This document shows positions 25,357 to 35,606 of a DNA stretch of 64,000 nt, in pieces. Under the pieces are notes generated by a model that worked only from the letters and a program-made list of their open reading frames with translations, searched no databases and was not told the origin of the DNA. This DNA is from Escherichia phage slur16, in sequence record NC_028248.1; one strand, written 5' to 3'. The position numbers and the translations under genes were made by a program. The stretch's first letter is position 1. Each line of letters opens with the position of its first letter.

Positions 25357-26397
25357 CTATGCATAATTAACAGTGATCCATTGACCATTTACAAGTTTTT
25401 GTAAAGGTCCTGCCCAGTAGGTTGAACCACGCATCTCTTTTTTGTCACCGAAATGCCAGCCTGTGACAACGTAGCCGTTGCGGATTGGAGATTCAGAAAC
25501 GCCGTCCACAAGTCTTGCACCGATTCTGATGTCTTGCACACCTGTCTGCGGGATAGTGATCGTTACATCACCGTTACCGTTAGCCGTCACTCCGTTCACA
25601 GAGCGAACCACATTTCTGTTACCTACAACACAGTGCTGGCTTCTTACAACCATACTGTCACAACTTGCACCACCATTAACATATACTGACCCAGCCGTCA
25701 ACTGACTGGCCACATTACAGTTGGTGAATGTTGCGGTATTGCTGATAGTAAGGTTATTGCACCTCATGTTATCGACAACTTCAACATTGCCTACCACTTT
25801 CAACAGCGCACGGTTAGCCGTGATCGCGTTAAGGTACATCAAAGTGAACTCCGGATTAATATCCGGCTGAGTTGGCTGGAATCTCCAACGAAACGCATCT
25901 ATTGTAGATGTGCCACCATCATCAAACGCCCCAGTATTATCACTTAACCCAAAGTCGAGAGTTGTCTTATCTGGGCCAATAGTTGTCTCTATCCAAGCCT
26001 TATCTGTCTCGGCAGCTTTAAAGTTGATACGTTGCAAACCCAATGGGCCTGTCATTGTATCACCTGTAACTTTTACATACCTGGCGTCTGCCTCTTCCTT
26101 AGTAATAATCCCAAGGTTTCTACGGGCAACAGGAATGTTCAAAAGATCACTCAAGTTATTATCACGTACCAGATAACGGCCTTCTTGAGCGGGGATCTGC
26201 TCGTCAGCAATGTATTTTGCCCAAGTTCCGAGCATATTGAAAATATAGTTAAGTTCTTCACATGAGGGCTTTTGACCAAGATCCCAACCTTTTCTCCACA
26301 AATCATCAATCGGGCGTAGCCTGTTCTGTCTGTGGGTGTTAGGCAGAACCTGATCCTCCTCTGCCCAAATCTCTAATGGAAAACTAGGTTTTGACAT
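25357..26397 (-). CDS. tail fibre protein, paralog B
   Basis: 346 aa; N-terminus MSKPSFPLEIWAEEDQVLPNT and C-terminus QKLVNGQWITVNYA; last ~29 nt of coding sequence identical to paralog A. Confidence 0.55.
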   Translation of the reverse strand: MSKPSFPLEIWAEEDQVLPNTHRQNRLRPIDDLWRKGWDLGQKPSCEELNYIFNMLGTWAKYIADEQIPAQEGRYLVRDNNLSDLLNIPVARRNLGIITKEEADARYVKVTGDTMTGPLGLQRINFKAAETDKAWIETTIGPDKTTLDFGLSDNTGAFDDGGTSTIDAFRWRFQPTQPDINPEFTLMYLNAITANRALLKVVGNVEVVDNMRCNNLTISNTATFTNCNVASQLTAGSVYVNGGASCDSMVVRSQHCVVGNRNVVRSVNGVTANGNGDVTITIPQTGVQDIRIGARLVDGVSESPIRNGYVVTGWHFGDKKEMRGSTYWAGPLQKLVNGQWITVNYA

Positions 26398-26409
26398 TTT
26401 ATCTCCTGA

Positions 26410-28482
26410 TTATGAGAAGTCTGGCGGGACAACATCTTCTACATACCCTTTCAGAGCAACCTGCCCCATATGAAGCACGGTAGAATCTCTAGCGGTAACA
26501 GTGATGCTGTCAGACATTACTTGCGGATATGCCCATACATACTGTTTTACCTCAGGGTATCTATACTCTATAGTTGCCATGTTTCCGCAAATACATCTCC
26601 ATAAAAATTCTTGGTAATTCCTAGTTGGGTCGTAGCCATATACCGGAGCAAGCTCTTTACTAGGAACGAACCCTGCAAGGTATTGTATTTCAGACGGTTG
26701 CCAACCTAACTTAACGATAGGTATGTTTACAGACTCTTTTGCCTTTTCAATACCTCCCTGCATCACCCAATCGTAGCACTCAGTACAGAAGAAATCAAGA
26801 GCACCTGCTTCCTTTTTATATTGGTCAGCAAGGTTCAGCTTTTGCGTAAGCTCGGTTTCCATAATGGTTGGGAAAAACAGCAAAGCTGTCATCTGAGCTG
26901 ATGCAGCGTGTGCCTTTACTGCCTTTGAAATAGCCGCAATACGAGCGCCAAGCTTACCACGACAAAATGCTACATACTTGTCGTAAACACCGCCAGTTTT
27001 AGGATCGTCAATAGTCCCAATATCTAATGCATACTCACCTGTCTCATCATAAAACGCCTGCTTTGTAGGGTAATCATAAATACAAGGTCTACGAGTATCG
27101 GTATTGTACCACCACCACGGTTCACCAACCTGCATAATCACTGGCAGGTTGTTTCTCATAGCGGCTGATGCAAAATTCTTAAATACTGCAGTAAGGAAAT
27201 TCATACCCTCTTCAATGGTTGGAGACAGGAGGTAGCTACAAGGTGTATACCCTGTTTTAGCGTAGTTATCGTTCCAGTCTCTTTGGGTCCATTCCAACGG
27301 GCAGGCATCGCTGAAAAGCTCAAAACTTACAGATTGCATAACGTCGAAGTTATGTCGTTTGGCATTGTACATAAAATCATCATGCCATTTATAAGCTGCA
27401 GCGTTTAGCGCTCCTGTTCTGTTTATAGACCATTGAGTTCCTGACCATGTGTAGTCATAATAATGACTCATACCAACATAATGGTTTATGGTTCCGGTAT
27501 AGCCCAGACGCTTGATATTGTTCAACACCCTTAAAGGAGACACGTTCCACATATCGTCATATGCTGTGCAGATCCCAACGTCGTGTTCTTTCACCTGAAT
27601 ATTGTTAAGTTGCATCATTTTCCAGCCTGTGTCTGGCTGAAGCAGATCTAGGCGCAACTCACACTCTACATTTTCCGTTCTTGGGTTTGTGCTATTGCTT
27701 ACCCAATCTTTAGGCATAAGCGGTATTAAAATCCTTCTCACCTGTCGAGGATCAACACCCATCATATTGTTGTTCTGGTCCATCCCGACGCAGTCCTCGA
27801 AATCAATATGAATTTCTGCAACATTCTTATCCTCTGAGATGCTGACAGCATATTGAGCTAAAGGAACATAGATGATTGTGCCATCAACAAGGTCTACAGT
27901 CATAATCATCTTTTCAGGAGTGGAGAAGTTGCTGGCGTTGGTTATTGACATTCTGAACCAAAGCTTGGTATTTCTCATCTCATAATGATCATCAAACCCA
28001 ATACCGAAATGGTCATACTTGTCAACTGTTTCCCAAATGCACCCAGCCATACCTCCATATGTTCTTGACACTAAACGGTTAATACAACAGTTATTATCTG
28101 CAACAATACAGGTGCTTTCAGTCTGCTGGGTAGTTGTAACCCAATATCTTGGGTGAAACATTCTCTCCTCGACAGTATCCCAAGATATCCTGTCAAGATT
28201 CTCATCTGAAACTATTGTACATTTCGCCCTTTGTGTTCCAATCATCACCCCTTGAGATTTTGATGAAAACTCCATAAAGAAGCTTCTTGGCAACCTGTTG
28301 GGTAATTTGTCAACAATTTCCACTGGGATCTCAATACTGGTTGCCCCAATTGGGATAGTTACATCACCCTCAACATGATTATAATCCCTACCAGGAACGG
28401 CAGTATCCTGAACTGTGCGGTAATGAAACCGTGCAGCCATTGTAGAGTAATCACGGTAAGGTTTAAAAATAGCTGTTGCCAT
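26410..28482 (-). CDS. putative tail fibre/spike protein
   Basis: 690-aa ORF in the fibre cluster; N-terminal GRDYNHVEGDVTIPIGATSIEIPVEIVDK is Calx-beta-like; remainder unassigned. Confidence 0.45.
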   Translation of the reverse strand: MATAIFKPYRDYSTMAARFHYRTVQDTAVPGRDYNHVEGDVTIPIGATSIEIPVEIVDKLPNRLPRSFFMEFSSKSQGVMIGTQRAKCTIVSDENLDRISWDTVEERMFHPRYWVTTTQQTESTCIVADNNCCINRLVSRTYGGMAGCIWETVDKYDHFGIGFDDHYEMRNTKLWFRMSITNASNFSTPEKMIMTVDLVDGTIIYVPLAQYAVSISEDKNVAEIHIDFEDCVGMDQNNNMMGVDPRQVRRILIPLMPKDWVSNSTNPRTENVECELRLDLLQPDTGWKMMQLNNIQVKEHDVGICTAYDDMWNVSPLRVLNNIKRLGYTGTINHYVGMSHYYDYTWSGTQWSINRTGALNAAAYKWHDDFMYNAKRHNFDVMQSVSFELFSDACPLEWTQRDWNDNYAKTGYTPCSYLLSPTIEEGMNFLTAVFKNFASAAMRNNLPVIMQVGEPWWWYNTDTRRPCIYDYPTKQAFYDETGEYALDIGTIDDPKTGGVYDKYVAFCRGKLGARIAAISKAVKAHAASAQMTALLFFPTIMETELTQKLNLADQYKKEAGALDFFCTECYDWVMQGGIEKAKESVNIPIVKLGWQPSEIQYLAGFVPSKELAPVYGYDPTRNYQEFLWRCICGNMATIEYRYPEVKQYVWAYPQVMSDSITVTARDSTVLHMGQVALKGYVEDVVPPDFS

Positions 28483-29168
28483 TAACCCTCCTGTCTAGTT
28501 GCGTTTACTGTAATACTTTCACAATAAATGGTTGTGGTGTCCCAATCAGGTCTTACGTCAGGAACATACAGCAAAGTAGCCAGCCCACCAACTCCGAATT
28601 GGTTTTCTTCCCACACTGATCCGAAGCCAAGAGCTGTATGGTCCCCTTCAAAACCAAAAGCTTGCCCTTGCGATTCTGTAAGACGCAAATGACAAGGCAA
28701 TGGTAGCATATCTAAGATCTGATCGATAGACTGCAATATGTCAAAGCAAGTTTTTCTAATATTTATGTCAAACCTGAAGTTGTCTCCTTTCCACGTATCG
28801 AAATTGTTTCTTCCGAACAATTGTCGCAAGGTGGAGATGACATCTTCGCGAGTCCCGCCCCTTGATGCTGCGGCCTGCTGAATAATTAGTGTGGCACGAA
28901 AATCAGCATCTGAAAGTCCATTCCTAAGAATACCAAGTTGATTACCAACTTCGTCAAGGTATCTTCCGCTGGCATTGTTAAGCAATCTTCCTTCAGCCAA
29001 ACCTACCAGCATCTTATCAACATCCTCCAACCTTTTAAGGTACACGGTTAAGAATGTGACCAAATTAACCTTCTCAGCCAGAAAATCTCCAGGCAGGTAG
29101 TCAAGACCTCCCTGAACAAAATCTGGCAGAGTGTGGATGTGGTTAACATCCGACTTAATCTCTGCCAT
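28482..29168 (-). CDS. putative baseplate/tail protein
   Basis: 228-aa ORF, start overlaps the stop of the upstream gene; position only. Confidence 0.4.
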   Translation of the reverse strand: MAEIKSDVNHIHTLPDFVQGGLDYLPGDFLAEKVNLVTFLTVYLKRLEDVDKMLVGLAEGRLLNNASGRYLDEVGNQLGILRNGLSDADFRATLIIQQAAASRGGTREDVISTLRQLFGRNNFDTWKGDNFRFDINIRKTCFDILQSIDQILDMLPLPCHLRLTESQGQAFGFEGDHTALGFGSVWEENQFGVGGLATLLYVPDVRPDWDTTTIYCESITVNATRQEG

Positions 29169-29179
29169 ATCTCGCCGCC

Positions 29180-30670
29180 TTAAATAGTTTGTTGGAAAGT
29201 TATATTACTTTCGTCGAGGTCAAACACCTCGGTCATGTTCGCAACAATATCGTTTGTAGTGTAAGCTTCATCAGAAGCTCCTACTGGTTTAACTTGAATT
29301 ACCAGTCTATTAAATCTGCCTATTGATACAGCAGCAGATGCAGCGCCGACCAATTGGATATTATACAACGTATCTGCAACATCCAGTCCGTTAACAACCT
29401 GCAAAAGAGCCTCTACAATGGCATCTTTTTCGGTTGTGGAAAGTGCGGCACCGGAGTAGGTAATTCTTACATCTAGGCGGTAGGTATTTGCCTTGGAGTA
29501 ATAAATTCTTTCAGTTTGACCATCAGATGTAGTGACATCGTAGAAAATATTACCATAAGTCCTGTTAGTACAGGCTATAGTTTGGTAAAGTGCTTGGCAA
29601 ATGTCCTCCGTTGCACCACCAAACACAACCACTTGGAACTTGTAAGGAGGTATACCTTTAGCATCAGTTTTATCGGTGTTGTTGGAGAACACCCTCACTT
29701 TCTCAACACCTTTCACCTCGCTTACAGCGCTAAGGATTGCAGGACGGGTAGCCTTAGATGTTAACTGTTTTGTGCTGGAAGCTCTTAAGCGATACTCTGA
29801 GTCTTTCTCAACATCCCTGCCCTCATTGAATCTTTCTCGGTTGGTAAGCTTGATAAATCCACTGGGAGTAGGTGACATTGTTGTCACGGTTTCTGCCTCT
29901 CTTGACAGCTCACCAGCCTCGTTAGCGATAACATCCAGGGTGATAGTTCTTTCCCCTACAATCGGGGATACTCTGAAATCTACTCTACTATTAAGTCCAA
30001 CTTGATCAAGATTCGAATTGTACCCTATCCACAACGTTCCTGTCAACATATCGACCTGAATCAAATCGTCGTTCAACAGGGTTGTATTATCGACAATGAA
30101 TTGCTTAATCTCTCCGTAAAAGCTTGGCAAATCAGAAGAGTCCAGAGACTTATCTGTTAAAACCAGACTTTTTGTTTTGATACTTCCATCTGTCTGGTTG
30201 GTAATTTGAAAGTTGTATTTACCAATCCTTAGGTCTGGAGCATTTATTCTGTGAGCAATAAGATTCCCTGCTACTTGCACATCGTTGCTAAGAACAAAGT
30301 TGCCACTGTCCAGCGTATAAGTTTTGGAATCATAAATCATATTGTACGGCACAGTTGTGTTGATTGTCAACTGGCAGGTACCTGATGATTTAGAACGGCC
30401 TCTTCGGTAAATACCCTGTCTTCCAAGAAGCTCATCCAGGTAAATACCTTCTGCCCCATACAGCGTCTGTGATGCGTATACAGATGCTGCCATAAGAATA
30501 AGTTGATACTCTCGCTCGTTGAAGATAGTGGTCAGCTTATCTGCAACGGAGTTACTCTGTACGTTGAAGTTTTCGCCAAAAGCACGGATCAGGCTTTGCT
30601 TAGTTTCAACGATTAGGTCATTTAGGGTTGGTATAACGAAACCAGCCTCTGTCAATCCATACTTAGCCAC
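29180..30670 (-). CDS. putative baseplate wedge-type protein
   Basis: 496-aa ORF, first gene after a promoter candidate; GGAGG RBS. Function from position and size only. Confidence 0.4.
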   Translation of the reverse strand: MAKYGLTEAGFVIPTLNDLIVETKQSLIRAFGENFNVQSNSVADKLTTIFNEREYQLILMAASVYASQTLYGAEGIYLDELLGRQGIYRRGRSKSSGTCQLTINTTVPYNMIYDSKTYTLDSGNFVLSNDVQVAGNLIAHRINAPDLRIGKYNFQITNQTDGSIKTKSLVLTDKSLDSSDLPSFYGEIKQFIVDNTTLLNDDLIQVDMLTGTLWIGYNSNLDQVGLNSRVDFRVSPIVGERTITLDVIANEAGELSREAETVTTMSPTPSGFIKLTNRERFNEGRDVEKDSEYRLRASSTKQLTSKATRPAILSAVSEVKGVEKVRVFSNNTDKTDAKGIPPYKFQVVVFGGATEDICQALYQTIACTNRTYGNIFYDVTTSDGQTERIYYSKANTYRLDVRITYSGAALSTTEKDAIVEALLQVVNGLDVADTLYNIQLVGAASAAVSIGRFNRLVIQVKPVGASDEAYTTNDIVANMTEVFDLDESNITFQQTI

Positions 30671-30703
30671 GTCACTCCTCCGGTATGAAAATCTCTACAA
30701 GGT

Positions 30704-30732
30704 ATTTTACCAAATTTTGTAACAATAGTCAA
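30704..30732 (-). promoter_or_regulatory. sigma70-like promoter with extended -10
   Basis: Minus strand: -35 TTGACT (30732..30727), 17-nt spacer ending in TGG, -10 TAAAAT (30709..30704); 34 nt upstream of the ATG at 30670. Confidence 0.55.
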
Positions 30733-30740
30733 TCTGAGCA

Positions 30741-30766
30741 TAAAAATAAACCCCGCCGAAGCGGGG
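30741..30766 (-). terminator. rho-independent terminator
   Basis: CCCCGC-cgaa-GCGGGG hairpin, followed on the minus transcript by UUUAUUUUU; directly downstream of the 1279-aa gene. Confidence 0.6.
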
Positions 30767-30775
30767 CTTTAAAGG

Positions 30776-33700
30776 TTAGTCGTGAGACTCGTTCCAAGGT
30801 CCTTGGAAACTAGAGTTAGAACGGCTTACCACAACAGTAGGACAGGATATTGCGACCCCTGTTACAGAAGACGTTGACCATGGTGTGTAGATTTCAACAA
30901 CAATATCTATGGTTTGTTCACCAAGACCCGTTATCCCTACCGCACACATGCCGTTGTTGTCGTTTCCGTACTTCTTACCTGCAAGGATTTGATGTCCGGC
31001 TATCCAAACGTTAAGCTGGGAGCTGGCAAGAGTACCATTCAGTTTAAAGAAGAATGTTACGTTCTTACCCTGACCTGAAACGTTATCTACGTATCTCCAC
31101 CTCCAACGGCAAACCCTTTGCTGGGAGTTATATACTGGAGCACAATCTCCGTAAGTCCTGTGTGCAACAATTGCACCTTCGAACTGGTTAGCGCGGATAA
31201 CAGAAGCTTCTACACGACCACGGAAGGTACCTCCGGTTGCATCTATGGTGCCTCTAAAGCTACCATTATTGGCATAAACATCCCCACGGAAGGTACCACT
31301 AGTGGCGTTAACTGCCCCTGTGAAGTTACCAGAACTGGCGTTGATGTTGCCTTTCACCCACACATCCATAAATTGGGCGTGCCCGTTCTTGTTAATATAC
31401 CAACCGTATTTATGGTACCCGTTGCCATCGTAGTTGTTTGACGAAATTTCTTGTGCAATCTTGGCAGAGGAGATCGTGCCATTCTCTATAAAAGCGTCTT
31501 TCAAGAACGCTTGGTTGTTCTTGATTGCGAAAGCAAGGGTTGCTGTTCCATTGCCAGGGTTGTATACCGCAAAATTGTTTGCGCTAACCATGAAGTAGGA
31601 TTGAACTTGGCCTCCAGACCCTTCCATCCCCAACTGAATACCTGCAACATATTTATTCCCTGCGGAGTCTACCTGTATTTTTGTGCCCCATTGAGCATTT
31701 ACTTTACCCTCTAAGTCGGTTACAGCCTTAGATGTTGTAGCTACTGCAGCCCTGATCTCAGACACATCCCCAACATCATCAATGATCTCCTGCTTAGCAA
31801 CAGCAAGTTCTTGACGAATAGCTGACGCTGTGCCGTTGATAAGGTCCACAGTGGCTTTATTGGTATCGGAAATTGTAGCATCCAGCGCTGTTTTTGTGGA
31901 GGTCAGTTTTCCATCCAAAGCATCAATCGCTTGCTTGTTGGTAGAAATCTCCCCACGTGCAGAAGTTATCTGCTCTGACAGTGCAGATGTTTTCTGATTC
32001 AACAAGTCAGTGGTGGCCTTGTTGGTATTGGCAATCAAGGTGTTGAGGTCAGTTTTTGCGGTAGTTATCTTGCCGTCAAGGGTGGTATAGTTTTTAGATA
32101 CCGTCGCGTTTGTCTGACTAATCTTTTGATCCAGAGTTTCAGATGTCCTGTTCAAAAGATCCACAGTGGCCTGGTTAGTGCTCAAGATGCTTGCGTCAAG
32201 TTCTGTTCTCTGAGTATTGATCTTACCATCCAGAGTTTTATCTCCGGCTAAATACCCGCTCTCAACTCCCTCTATCTGCTCTACCAGCTCACCTTTGGCG
32301 GCAACCAATTTCTCATCTAAAGCCTCTGTCTTTTTGTTCAGAAGATCAGTAGTTGCTTTATTGGTTGTCTCAATCAGGGATGCCAATCTTCCACTTTCAG
32401 TGTTCAGATCGTTGGTGAACTTGTTCTGTGCAGCAACAAGTTTCCTATCCAGCGCTGTGATATTGCCATTGACATCCTCAAACTTCTGAGTTGTCTCTGT
32501 AACTACCGCACCTATTCTGTCTCCAAGTTGCTGGAATGCCTCATCTACCCTACCATCCATGTACCTGTTAAGTTCTGTGACACGATTTTCAACCTCTTCA
32601 ATAGAGGAATCCAAAGTGCTCATCAACTCTTTATAAGTTTCTGTCTTTTTGAATTCAGCATCTATCTGAGGCATCAAATCCTCAATAGAGGTGTAGCAGC
32701 GTGCAGCGCATTCTACAAACTGAGAACTACCAAAAGCGTTTGTGGTTCGAATATACCAATAATAAACCTTATCGTTCTGCAGACCTTCAGATGTCCAAGT
32801 TGAACCAACACCCATACGGGTGGCGTTTGAAGTAACGGTTGCATCACTGGTGTCGGGCAACCTTGTCATACCGGATGTCCAAAAGTCATACTGGGTGCTA
32901 ACACTTGCTAAATCCCTACTATGCGGAATCAAGGTGATAGCAAAGTATCCTTGCTTAACCTCTACAGAAACCGGAGCTTCAGGTGCCTGAATGTTAAACT
33001 CACAATACGCTTCTGGAGATACACCACCTTTATAAGATGTTGCAACAACAGTGGCTGTGTAGGAACCTTTAGTCAGACCTTCAACACGGACAAACTGCTC
33101 AACTGTCTGTGCTGTCCAAACAATCTCTCCGTTCTTTCTTACCTGCACAATATTTTGAGCGTAAGTCCCAACGTTGTCCCAGGCCAAAACACCGTGAGTT
33201 ACTTCCCCAGCTTGGAGAACGGAGTATCTGAAGTTTTGCGGCTGAGCTACACCGGACGGGGATATCGGAATATCTACATCGCCGGAATCCGGAAGTTGCC
33301 CTGTGGCATCATTCCACTCTTTAGCATCTTGACGAAGTTTTACCTTGACACCGCCCTTTTTGGTGAACTCCCATTCAAGAACCCTCATTTCTTGGCCCAC
33401 GATACCAATACTTGGGAGGTCCATTGTAACATAACGGCCAGGCTTAAATTTAAAACCTCGCATATTGCAGGTGACTTCAATAATCCTGCCAGCTCTAGCA
33501 CGTCTTAGGAAGATTGCAGAAACACGCTGAGCTTGATAAGGACTGGTAACAAAGCGATAATCTATATCGATTATCTTTCTTTCTCCATCCTTCTCTATCC
33601 ACTCTGGGACAAACACTGATGGAAAATCTGTTTCAGAATACCCTTTGGTCGGGCTAGTGAATCTGCCAGTTATTGTGTTGGATCTTTTGTCAAATGAGGC

Positions 33701-34615
33701 TTCCGGATAGATCTTAACCTCACCACAGACACAGTCCTCACTAAGTGTCATTGTTGCTGGGCCATAGTATGCACCAACCAGCAAACCATACTTACCAGCA
33801 ACATAACTAAGATCTGCACCGCAAGCTTTCAGCATTTCTGCCATAATACTTGCTGGGGCCTCATCCATGTCAAACTCACCGTTAATGGTGTAACGGCGCT
33901 CACTGGTTCCGTCTGCGTTTTTTACCGCCTCGTCGCATATGTTGGCAGCCTCCTTGAAGGACTCCCAGTTGATGGTTTCGTCAGGACATTTAAGGTACGT
34001 TCTTAAATAGTCTAGGATCACCAAGGCAGCGTTATTGGTGTACACCTCTTTACTGATACGAGGATCATAGCATTTTTTACCAATCTTGACGAGTGTAACG
34101 TTTGGCAACCCAAAAGGAAACTTGTTAGGGTCAAACCTGAAGCTGGCACGTAGCCAACTGATCCCTCTACCTATCATGTCAGGTGACCATGATGGGCAGT
34201 GTGTACCCATGAAAGGATCAGATGTTTTTCTGTCGTTATGTAGCTCCCACGATACCAGATCTCCATACGAGGAAATAGGATTACCGTCGATAAGTATATC
34301 TTCTATACCTTCCAGAGGGTGATTGGCAAGAACAATAGCACAATGGAGGGTTCTGTCGCTATCCTGCTCCAAAAACGCAAGCAATCCAGATGTGCGTGTC
34401 TTTCCATACACTACAGAGCAAGGTGCAGCAGAAGATCTGAGAAGCTTTTGTCTATCTTGCTGACTTCTGTAAGATTTGTTGCCCTCAAAAATCTTATCCA
34501 AAGTTCTGGTGGTCACAGTGTTCAGGCTGTCAGCCAGAGCTGCCTTGGATGCGTTCCAGTCATAACTTGAAGATCTTGCAGAAGCAACGATGTTATCAAT
34601 CATTGCAATTGGCAT
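30776..34615 (-). CDS. tail fibre / host-specificity-type protein with coiled-coil tandem repeats
   Basis: 1279 aa; N-terminal region followed by a fibronectin-III-like segment, then tandem ~50-60-aa repeats (TNKATTDLLN / TNQATVDLLN / TNKATVDLIN), then a Gly-rich C-terminal domain. Confidence 0.6.
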   Translation of the reverse strand: MPIAMIDNIVASARSSSYDWNASKAALADSLNTVTTRTLDKIFEGNKSYRSQQDRQKLLRSSAAPCSVVYGKTRTSGLLAFLEQDSDRTLHCAIVLANHPLEGIEDILIDGNPISSYGDLVSWELHNDRKTSDPFMGTHCPSWSPDMIGRGISWLRASFRFDPNKFPFGLPNVTLVKIGKKCYDPRISKEVYTNNAALVILDYLRTYLKCPDETINWESFKEAANICDEAVKNADGTSERRYTINGEFDMDEAPASIMAEMLKACGADLSYVAGKYGLLVGAYYGPATMTLSEDCVCGEVKIYPEASFDKRSNTITGRFTSPTKGYSETDFPSVFVPEWIEKDGERKIIDIDYRFVTSPYQAQRVSAIFLRRARAGRIIEVTCNMRGFKFKPGRYVTMDLPSIGIVGQEMRVLEWEFTKKGGVKVKLRQDAKEWNDATGQLPDSGDVDIPISPSGVAQPQNFRYSVLQAGEVTHGVLAWDNVGTYAQNIVQVRKNGEIVWTAQTVEQFVRVEGLTKGSYTATVVATSYKGGVSPEAYCEFNIQAPEAPVSVEVKQGYFAITLIPHSRDLASVSTQYDFWTSGMTRLPDTSDATVTSNATRMGVGSTWTSEGLQNDKVYYWYIRTTNAFGSSQFVECAARCYTSIEDLMPQIDAEFKKTETYKELMSTLDSSIEEVENRVTELNRYMDGRVDEAFQQLGDRIGAVVTETTQKFEDVNGNITALDRKLVAAQNKFTNDLNTESGRLASLIETTNKATTDLLNKKTEALDEKLVAAKGELVEQIEGVESGYLAGDKTLDGKINTQRTELDASILSTNQATVDLLNRTSETLDQKISQTNATVSKNYTTLDGKITTAKTDLNTLIANTNKATTDLLNQKTSALSEQITSARGEISTNKQAIDALDGKLTSTKTALDATISDTNKATVDLINGTASAIRQELAVAKQEIIDDVGDVSEIRAAVATTSKAVTDLEGKVNAQWGTKIQVDSAGNKYVAGIQLGMEGSGGQVQSYFMVSANNFAVYNPGNGTATLAFAIKNNQAFLKDAFIENGTISSAKIAQEISSNNYDGNGYHKYGWYINKNGHAQFMDVWVKGNINASSGNFTGAVNATSGTFRGDVYANNGSFRGTIDATGGTFRGRVEASVIRANQFEGAIVAHRTYGDCAPVYNSQQRVCRWRWRYVDNVSGQGKNVTFFFKLNGTLASSQLNVWIAGHQILAGKKYGNDNNGMCAVGITGLGEQTIDIVVEIYTPWSTSSVTGVAISCPTVVVSRSNSSFQGPWNESHD
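31840..32360 (-). repeat. imperfect in-frame tandem repeats (~155-185 bp period) within the fibre gene
   Basis: Plus-strand motif cagtggc(c/t)tt(g/a)ttggt recurs near 31851, 32011, 32161 and 32341, matching the repeated peptide motif. Confidence 0.5.
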
Positions 34616-35052
34616 TAATACCTCCAGACATCAACAACGATAGAATCTTTCATGTCGAACATAAAGACCCCTTTATCACCTTTCGCCCAAATCTGGTTGT
34701 TCCAGAACACACCAGCGGTGAGCCCGTTCAGACCTTCGAAAATAACAATATCGCCACGCTGAACCTGTTTAGGAGTATCCAGTCGAGTCATAAAGAGATC
34801 AAAAATAGTAGGCAGGTGTGTAGTTTTGAAACGAAGCATGCACCATCTTTTGCTTTCCAACTCTGTTTTATACGTTCCTTCGAAGTTGGAAAGAAAATCT
34901 GTTCCGTATTGGGCATCAACACACTTAGCCGCAAAGGTGCAACAATCGTGGAATCCCCATTCAAAAGGTATGGTGGCCTCTTCGTCAAACACTTTCCACA
35001 ATCTTTCTTGCCAATCCACTAAACGAGGGTGTGTGCTCATTAAACCTCCCAA
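34615..35052 (-). CDS. tail-associated protein, possible NlpC/P60-like cysteine peptidase fold
   Basis: 145 aa; FHDCCTFAAKCV and RGDIVIFEG loosely resemble the Cys and downstream elements of NlpC/P60 domains; stop overlaps the start of the downstream fibre gene. Confidence 0.3.
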   Translation of the reverse strand: MGGLMSTHPRLVDWQERLWKVFDEEATIPFEWGFHDCCTFAAKCVDAQYGTDFLSNFEGTYKTELESKRWCMLRFKTTHLPTIFDLFMTRLDTPKQVQRGDIVIFEGLNGLTAGVFWNNQIWAKGDKGVFMFDMKDSIVVDVWRY

Positions 35053-35606
35053 ATGATCGGGCGGCTCGCCACCTGATCCACATATTTAAAAAATCTGTCA
35101 TTATCGTTTCTTGAGCTGTGGCTTTCCTCCGTGTACCGATAAGGAAAACCTCTTAACCAACTGTTGAAGATGGAAGAGATGGATATGGACAGAGCACTGT
35201 TCTCACCTGTCTGAATAGCCATATCTGTTATAAGGCCGTCAAACAAGCCATTAGTTGTAACAGGCAGACCATTCTCCATAGCGGTAATATACAACGTGGC
35301 ACGACAACCAGAATACTCCGTCTTCAGTAGATCACCAACATACTTAGGATCAAACCCGTTCAATGTTGCTACCACAGATCCGAAGTTGGTGGCATCTTTC
35401 TCAGACACAGCAGTTAATGTTGCTGATCCACCTATCCCTATAAAATGTTGCCCCTCAATTACTACAACACCAGTGCCTGAGCACACCCTGACAGTTCCTG
35501 TCGGTAGCTCCAGCTTTGCAGCAATTAAGATCTCAACACCATCAAGCTCCAGCTTTTCAAGAAATAAATTATCTAATGGCGCTCTGATCATCTTAGAAAT
35601 CCTCAA
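35040..35606 (-). CDS. putative tail/baseplate protein
   Basis: 188-aa ORF overlapping both neighbours. Confidence 0.4.
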   Translation of the reverse strand: MRISKMIRAPLDNLFLEKLELDGVEILIAAKLELPTGTVRVCSGTGVVVIEGQHFIGIGGSATLTAVSEKDATNFGSVVATLNGFDPKYVGDLLKTEYSGCRATLYITAMENGLPVTTNGLFDGLITDMAIQTGENSALSISISSIFNSWLRGFPYRYTEESHSSRNDNDRFFKYVDQVASRPIIWEV

